From the IMG/VR virus record IMGVR_UViG_3300032030_000044, positions 25,497 through 89,496 of that record: a stretch of DNA of 64,000 nt; one strand, 5' to 3'. Origin of the DNA: a virus (lineage: Duplodnaviria > Caudoviricetes). Positions 59,703 through 64,000 of this stretch are shown one piece after another. The position numbers and the translations under genes were made by a program. Under the pieces are notes generated by a model. The model saw only the letters and a list, made by a program, of their open reading frames with translations. It had not been told where the DNA came from and did not search any database. Within the stretch, counting starts at the first letter, position 1, and each line of letters starts with the position of its first letter.

Positions 59703-60828
59703 CTTTTATTTTGTTAATTGTTTCATTAATAAGTGTACAAAGTTGATTTATACCTATTTTTGTACTCAACTCTGCAAAATCTTTAGCACCATATTGTTTT
59801 GGTATAAGAATTTGTTTAAATCCAAATGTTCTTTTAAAATATATAGCTTCCGTTATACCAGTTCTATCATTATCCATAAATGTAACAATTTCTCCATTTA
59901 TTGCTAATTTATCTTTAAGCCATGAAACTTCTACATCTCGTAATTTATATGTTTCATGTGGGATATTAATTACACCTATTTTAATTTTAGAACCCCTGTA
60001 AAGGGAACTATAATATTTTATAGCACTATTTAGAGCAAGTCTGTCTTTTGTAGATTTAGTTATAACAATATAATTATATTCTCGTTCAGATAAATTTAAA
60101 ATTCCTTCAATATGATTACAATTACAAATAAATTTACTATGACTGTTTTTAGTTCGTTTAGGAAAATATAATTTATAATTATTAATATTATCATTTCCTC
60201 TTCCTAAATAATAAGCATAGCATGGGTCTTTAGAATCATAATAATATTTTGGTTCAGGATTTTGTTTTCTATTTATATAAAATTGTTCTATAGGATAAAC
60301 AAAATTAATATTTAAATCTTGTATAGAAATATTAAATTGATTCCAATATATTATATCATTATTATTCCATTCTCTTATCACTAAATCAATAACTGGTTTA
60401 TCTCTTTTAAGTTTAATAATACCTTCATTTATTTTAGTTATAAGATTAGGGTCTTTTTCTTCATTATTTATTATATCTTTGAAAGTTAATGATATATGTT
60501 TTAATATTTGTATAAAATCTTTTTTATCATCAACTTTAAATTCTCTATTATAAGATTTACTTATTACTAATGCAACGGCATCAAAACAATCTCCCCAAAA
60601 ATAACCAGCAAAATCTCTAAATTTTAATCTACCGCGATTATCATAGCGAAATCCACAAGTAGGATGAGTATCAACTCGAATTGGAGATAATATTAAAGTT
60701 CCTTTTTCAATACATTCTTCGATTATATTGACAGGTATACCAAAATATGTACTAAAAATTAATTCTTGACTTATTTTACTTAATATATATTGTTTAGTAT
60801 ATGTATTAGTATTAATATGCCTGCCCAT
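59638..60828 (-). CDS. DNA primase (DnaG-like TOPRIM)
   Basis: SPIRVDTHPTCGF...FRDF N-terminal domain; ITKSTKD, FMDNDRTG and KDFAE TOPRIM motifs. Confidence 0.85.
   Translation of the reverse strand: MGRHINTNTYTKQYILSKISQELIFSTYFGIPVNIIEECIEKGTLILSPIRVDTHPTCGFRYDNRGRLKFRDFAGYFWGDCFDAVALVISKSYNREFKVDDKKDFIQILKHISLTFKDIINNEEKDPNLITKINEGIIKLKRDKPVIDLVIREWNNNDIIYWNQFNISIQDLNINFVYPIEQFYINRKQNPEPKYYYDSKDPCYAYYLGRGNDNINNYKLYFPKRTKNSHSKFICNCNHIEGILNLSEREYNYIVITKSTKDRLALNSAIKYYSSLYRGSKIKIGVINIPHETYKLRDVEVSWLKDKLAINGEIVTFMDNDRTGITEAIYFKRTFGFKQILIPKQYGAKDFAELSTKIGINQLCTLINETINKIKDDKRNNISNTCSWNVYTDMPF
59992..60007 (-). repeat. Dispersed 16-bp motif in the primase gene (SLYRG)
   Basis: ACCCCTGTAAAGGGAA on the + strand. 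Confidence 0.85.
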
Positions 60829-60838
60829 AAAATTAAAA

Positions 60839-60875
60839 AAAATACCTACTATACCATAATAAGTATAGTAGGTAT
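60839..60875 (-). terminator. Intrinsic terminator
   Basis: Perfect 13-bp stem ATACCTACTATAC / GTATAGTAGGTAT with a T7 tract on the - strand. Confidence 0.75.
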
Positions 60876-60889
60876 AAACAAAAAGTTAA

Positions 60890-61771
60890 TTAGAAGGGTG
60901 AATCTTCGGCAGCAGCTGCAGCAGCACCATCAAATGGGTCTGTATTAGCCCAATTTGGAGCACCATTTATAACTGGACCGCCAATACCTGGAAGATTAGG
61001 TTCTTTCTTTTCTTCTATTTTCATAGGTTTAATAGTTTCTCGCATAGCATTTAATCTTAATGTAGGAGGAACATTTTGATTAAATATTTCTATAGCACCT
61101 TCACCTACAAAAGTAGCAAAAGTTAAATCTCCATTACGATTAATTGCTTTCCATTGTTTACCAACTTTTTGGAAACGAATAAGTTTAATCCATAAAGGAA
61201 TAAATTTACCATCAGCAGTTTGATAAACAGGTTTACCGTCTTTACCTTCTGTTAAAATATTAACAAAGTTTTGAAATAGAGTAGTCCAACCTGCAATGAT
61301 TTTATCAACATCTAATGAAACATATTCTCCATTTTCATCAGTGTCATCAAATGGAAGAGTTAATTTAGATTCCATTTCTTCAGTCATAGGTTGACCTTTA
61401 AGAATAAATACATCAAGTATATGTTTCATCCAATCAAAAATAGAATCAACTTTCCAACTTTCTTTTCCACCAGGAATAGTATTTACATTGCTTTCTTGAG
61501 CACTCCAAGATAAAACAACATAATGTCGTTTAGCAGTTTCTGTTTCATTACTTGCAAATGTGATAGCTAAACGAGGAATTTCAAGTCCATTAAAACTTGG
61601 CATACCAGTTGTATCTTCACCGATTTTTGCAGTACCTAAAACAACACTGTCAATATGAGCTAAAAATAATCCTGTTTGAGGATTAGCATGCTCATGACTA
61701 AATTTTAATCGTGTAGTACCACGAGCAGTACCTATACCACGACCTTGTTTCTTTTTTGTTTCTTCTGACAT
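60890..61771 (-). CDS. Putative single-stranded DNA-binding protein
   Basis: 293 aa; flexible Gly/Pro/Ala tail ending in acidic-aromatic EDSPF; adjacent to the primase; strong-expression codon bias. Confidence 0.6.
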   Translation of the reverse strand: MSEETKKKQGRGIGTARGTTRLKFSHEHANPQTGLFLAHIDSVVLGTAKIGEDTTGMPSFNGLEIPRLAITFASNETETAKRHYVVLSWSAQESNVNTIPGGKESWKVDSIFDWMKHILDVFILKGQPMTEEMESKLTLPFDDTDENGEYVSLDVDKIIAGWTTLFQNFVNILTEGKDGKPVYQTADGKFIPLWIKLIRFQKVGKQWKAINRNGDLTFATFVGEGAIEIFNQNVPPTLRLNAMRETIKPMKIEEKKEPNLPGIGGPVINGAPNWANTDPFDGAAAAAAEDSPF

Positions 61772-61801
61772 AAATTTGCAAATTTAATTATTGAATACAA
61801 A

Positions 61802-61848
61802 ATAAAGCCGAAGACTTTGTAAAACAATTACTTAATCTTCGGCTTTAT
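61802..61848 (-). terminator. Terminator-like hairpin
   Basis: Perfect 13-bp stem ATAAAGCCGAAGA / TCTTCGGCTTTAT with a 21-nt loop. Confidence 0.6.
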
Positions 61849-61870
61849 CAACAAAATGATTAATAGTTAA

Positions 61871-62665
61871 TTACTCACCGCGACGCATAGGAGCAGCATC
61901 TTCAACGAAAGTAAGAGGATAGCACGGAACTTTAATTGTTTCATAACCATTGTTTATCTCAATTTCAGTAACTTTAGTTACATCGAGAGCATAGGTACGA
62001 TTAATAGCTGTGCGTTCATCTTCAGCAATATCGCGTTTCATTTGTCCCCATACATTACCATCGCTAAATTTCAATGGAACACCAGTACCAGCAGCTTTAC
62101 TTGATGAAGCAAGTTTAGAACCTGTATACTTTTCAGTTTCTATTTGTACAAACTGAGCAAGAATTTCAGCTTTCTCATCATCAGTGATACCATCACGACT
62201 GAGAGCTTCAACGAGTTCTTCTTTACCAGAAGCTAATGCAGCAGCTTCCATATCAGCAAGATTAGCTTTAGCATAAGCAAGTCTATCTTCAGCAGTGAGA
62301 CGTTCACTTGTCATAACAGGTTGACCTACTTTATCAAGAACTTGAACACCTTTAATAAGACCAAATACATCAAATTCTTTATGAATAGCAACGATAGCTT
62401 CTTCAGAACCTAATGTAAGACCATGCTCTTCACAAAATGCTTTAAGAGTAGCATTATTGCCTTGTTTAATAGCATTTGCAATAGCTTCATAGTTACTTAC
62501 AAATTGAATGTAATCTCCATGAGCTACACCCAAAAGAGAAGAAGCTGCACCACTCAAAGTGAAACCACCTTTTGTTGAGTTAACTACTAATTCAGCTTTG
62601 TCATTTACTTGACGTTGACCTGCATTAACAACAGCAAGTCCAAATTCAGAACCAAATGCGTTCAT
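61871..62665 (-). CDS. Highly expressed hypothetical protein
   Basis: 264 aa, Ala/Glu-rich, noticeably higher GC than its neighbours. Confidence 0.6.
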   Translation of the reverse strand: MNAFGSEFGLAVVNAGQRQVNDKAELVVNSTKGGFTLSGAASSLLGVAHGDYIQFVSNYEAIANAIKQGNNATLKAFCEEHGLTLGSEEAIVAIHKEFDVFGLIKGVQVLDKVGQPVMTSERLTAEDRLAYAKANLADMEAAALASGKEELVEALSRDGITDDEKAEILAQFVQIETEKYTGSKLASSSKAAGTGVPLKFSDGNVWGQMKRDIAEDERTAINRTYALDVTKVTEIEINNGYETIKVPCYPLTFVEDAAPMRRGE

Positions 62666-62730
62666 AATTTAAATTTTTTTAAAATGTTAATGTTAATTGT
62701 TTCATGAGGTATTGTTTCTTTTTTAAGATT

Positions 62731-63693
62731 TTAATTGATTACCTCGACATCAACAAAATCTTTATCATCAATATTTTGATTATTGACTAATTTGATTTCA
62801 GTAGTTTCCATAACTCCAAAGAGTATATCACTACCTATATCCCGAGCAGCATAAGTAAAAGCACGATTTCCAATCATTATACGCGGATATTTTTTATATG
62901 TATCTTTATCAAACATACCAGCAACAACCGCTTCTTTAAATGTAAATCTACCTTTACTTGTCATTGTAATGCCATTTACAGATCTTTGTATTTCATATTC
63001 AGTTACATAATCTACAGCAACTGCTGGAATACGCCATACACCAATTTTTTTATTAGCTGCAGCCGCTTGCATTTGAGTAGCATTAGCAACAACAGCAAAT
63101 TGGTCAGTATTAAGACGATATTCAGGATATTTATTTCCACGAGCGTCAGCATACCAACGAACAGGATAAACATACATATTATCGCCATCAATATCTTTTT
63201 CTCTTTTGTTTTCAGCGTCAGCTTTACTTTGGCATTTAACAACATAATCAGGAAGTTCATCATCAATAAATTGGTTTATACCGTCTGTATATTCATACAG
63301 AGGTTGATAATCTTTAAGACACTTCCAAGTACAACCTGCCCTCGATAACAAACCTTTGATGATATGAATATCTACACCTGTTTTTCCATTAATTACATGA
63401 ACATGTTCAGCACATGCTGTAAAAGGTAATCCTAATTCTTTAGCTCTAATAGCAATTGCAAGACCGTCTTGAATACTTGTTATACCACTATTTTTAGAGC
63501 TTCTTATATATTCGCTTAAAAAAGATTTAACTTTTACTAAATCTCCTTCATCGAATAAATTAAGATTATCAAAAGCATTAATTGCTTTATGTTCAATTTC
63601 ACGGACACCAACTTGTGTAGAATCTTTTTTAGCTACTTGTTGATTTGGAAGATTATCAACAGTAGCACTTTGTTCACTTGTTGTTTTATCCAT
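62731..63693 (-). CDS. RecT/Redbeta-like ssDNA-annealing protein
   Basis: RAKELGLPF...HVHVINGK and FTFKEAVVAGM..KDTYKKYPRIMIGNRAFTYAARDIGSDILFG resemble RecT-like recombinases. Confidence 0.6.
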   Translation of the reverse strand: MDKTTSEQSATVDNLPNQQVAKKDSTQVGVREIEHKAINAFDNLNLFDEGDLVKVKSFLSEYIRSSKNSGITSIQDGLAIAIRAKELGLPFTACAEHVHVINGKTGVDIHIIKGLLSRAGCTWKCLKDYQPLYEYTDGINQFIDDELPDYVVKCQSKADAENKREKDIDGDNMYVYPVRWYADARGNKYPEYRLNTDQFAVVANATQMQAAAANKKIGVWRIPAVAVDYVTEYEIQRSVNGITMTSKGRFTFKEAVVAGMFDKDTYKKYPRIMIGNRAFTYAARDIGSDILFGVMETTEIKLVNNQNIDDKDFVDVEVIN

Positions 63694-63725
63694 ATTTCAA
63701 ATATCATTTGTTATTTTTAACACTG

Positions 63726-63757
63726 CAAATATACAATAAATTTTTGAAATAACCAAA
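63726..63757 (-). promoter_or_regulatory. Bacteroidota sigma-A-type promoter
   Basis: On the - strand TTTG, 20-nt spacer, TATATTTG(CA), 32 nt upstream of the RecT-like ATG. Confidence 0.8.
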
Positions 63758-63775
63758 TTTTTAATAAAAAATTTA

Positions 63776-64000
63776 TTATAAAATATAATTTTCGTTAGTG
63801 TTTGACATTATTTGGACATTATTCAATATATTTTCTTTATTGAGAGATTTTTCTTCAATAGTATTAATACTATATATTCTATATACTTGATTTGGTATAA
63901 TATTACAATAACTATTTATAAATCTATTTTTAAAATCAACAATATTACTTGTTAAACAATCTGTAAATATAATTAAATCAAAATTAATTTTTAATTTAGT
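63776..64000 (-). CDS. 3' end of a gene running in from beyond the window (possibly helicase-like C-terminus)
   Basis: Open frame of 74 codons from the window edge to TAA (TKLKINFDLIIFTD...RIYSINTIEEKSL...); the function call is weak. Confidence 0.4.
   Translation of the reverse strand, partial: TKLKINFDLIIFTDCLTSNIVDFKNRFINSYCNIIPNQVYRIYSINTIEEKSLNKENILNNVQIMSNTNENYIL

Noticed and set aside
5633-60007. The 16-bp motif as a CRISPR array or transposon terminal repeat
   Set aside because: Copies are kilobases apart, mostly inside intact genes, with no regular spacers, cas genes, transposase or target-site duplications.
1345-63348. Many short antisense or alternate-frame ORFs in the track (e.g. 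1345-1581, 1888-2085, 2398-2670, 4351-4701, 15000-15383, 16375-16782, 32048-32400, 35527-35922, 62986-63348)
   Set aside because: They lie opposite or inside long, well-supported genes and have the I/F/S/L-rich composition expected of shadow frames in AT-rich DNA.
1-64000. Stop-codon reassignment (TAG or TGA), known in some Crassvirales
   Set aside because: All large genes, including the 4738-aa RNAP, are uninterrupted in the standard code and gene density is complete.

Overview
A 64 kb, very AT-rich (roughly 25% GC by eye) segment of a crAss-like (Crassvirales) bacteriophage genome, read in the standard code, with Bacteroidota-type host promoters (TTTG-N20-TAnnTTTG) and AT-rich leaders lacking Shine-Dalgarno sites. 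The + strand (1-50523) carries the virion module: scaffold-like protein, major capsid protein, head/ring proteins, membrane proteins, tail fibres (one ending in a Hint domain), a three-gene accessory cassette, tail ring and muzzle proteins, and five cargo/ejection genes ending in a 4738-aa virion RNA polymerase (DFDVD). The - strand (50649-64000) carries replication and nucleotide genes: DUF932, Gp157-like, ThyX, dNMP kinase, ATP-dependent ligase, primase, SSB-like and RecT-like proteins. The most striking unexplained signal is a GC-rich quasi-palindromic 16-bp motif (TTCCCTCTACAGGGRA) found 16 times across the window. It occurs in both orientations and mostly inside genes in three different reading phases, which points to a DNA/RNA-level site system. 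Also notable are a family of degenerate intergenic AGCT-N6-AGCT elements, a non-splicing Hint domain on a tail fibre, and repeated basic-x-GG motifs that divide the cargo proteins into modules. All product calls come from motifs and recalled gene order, not from database searches.
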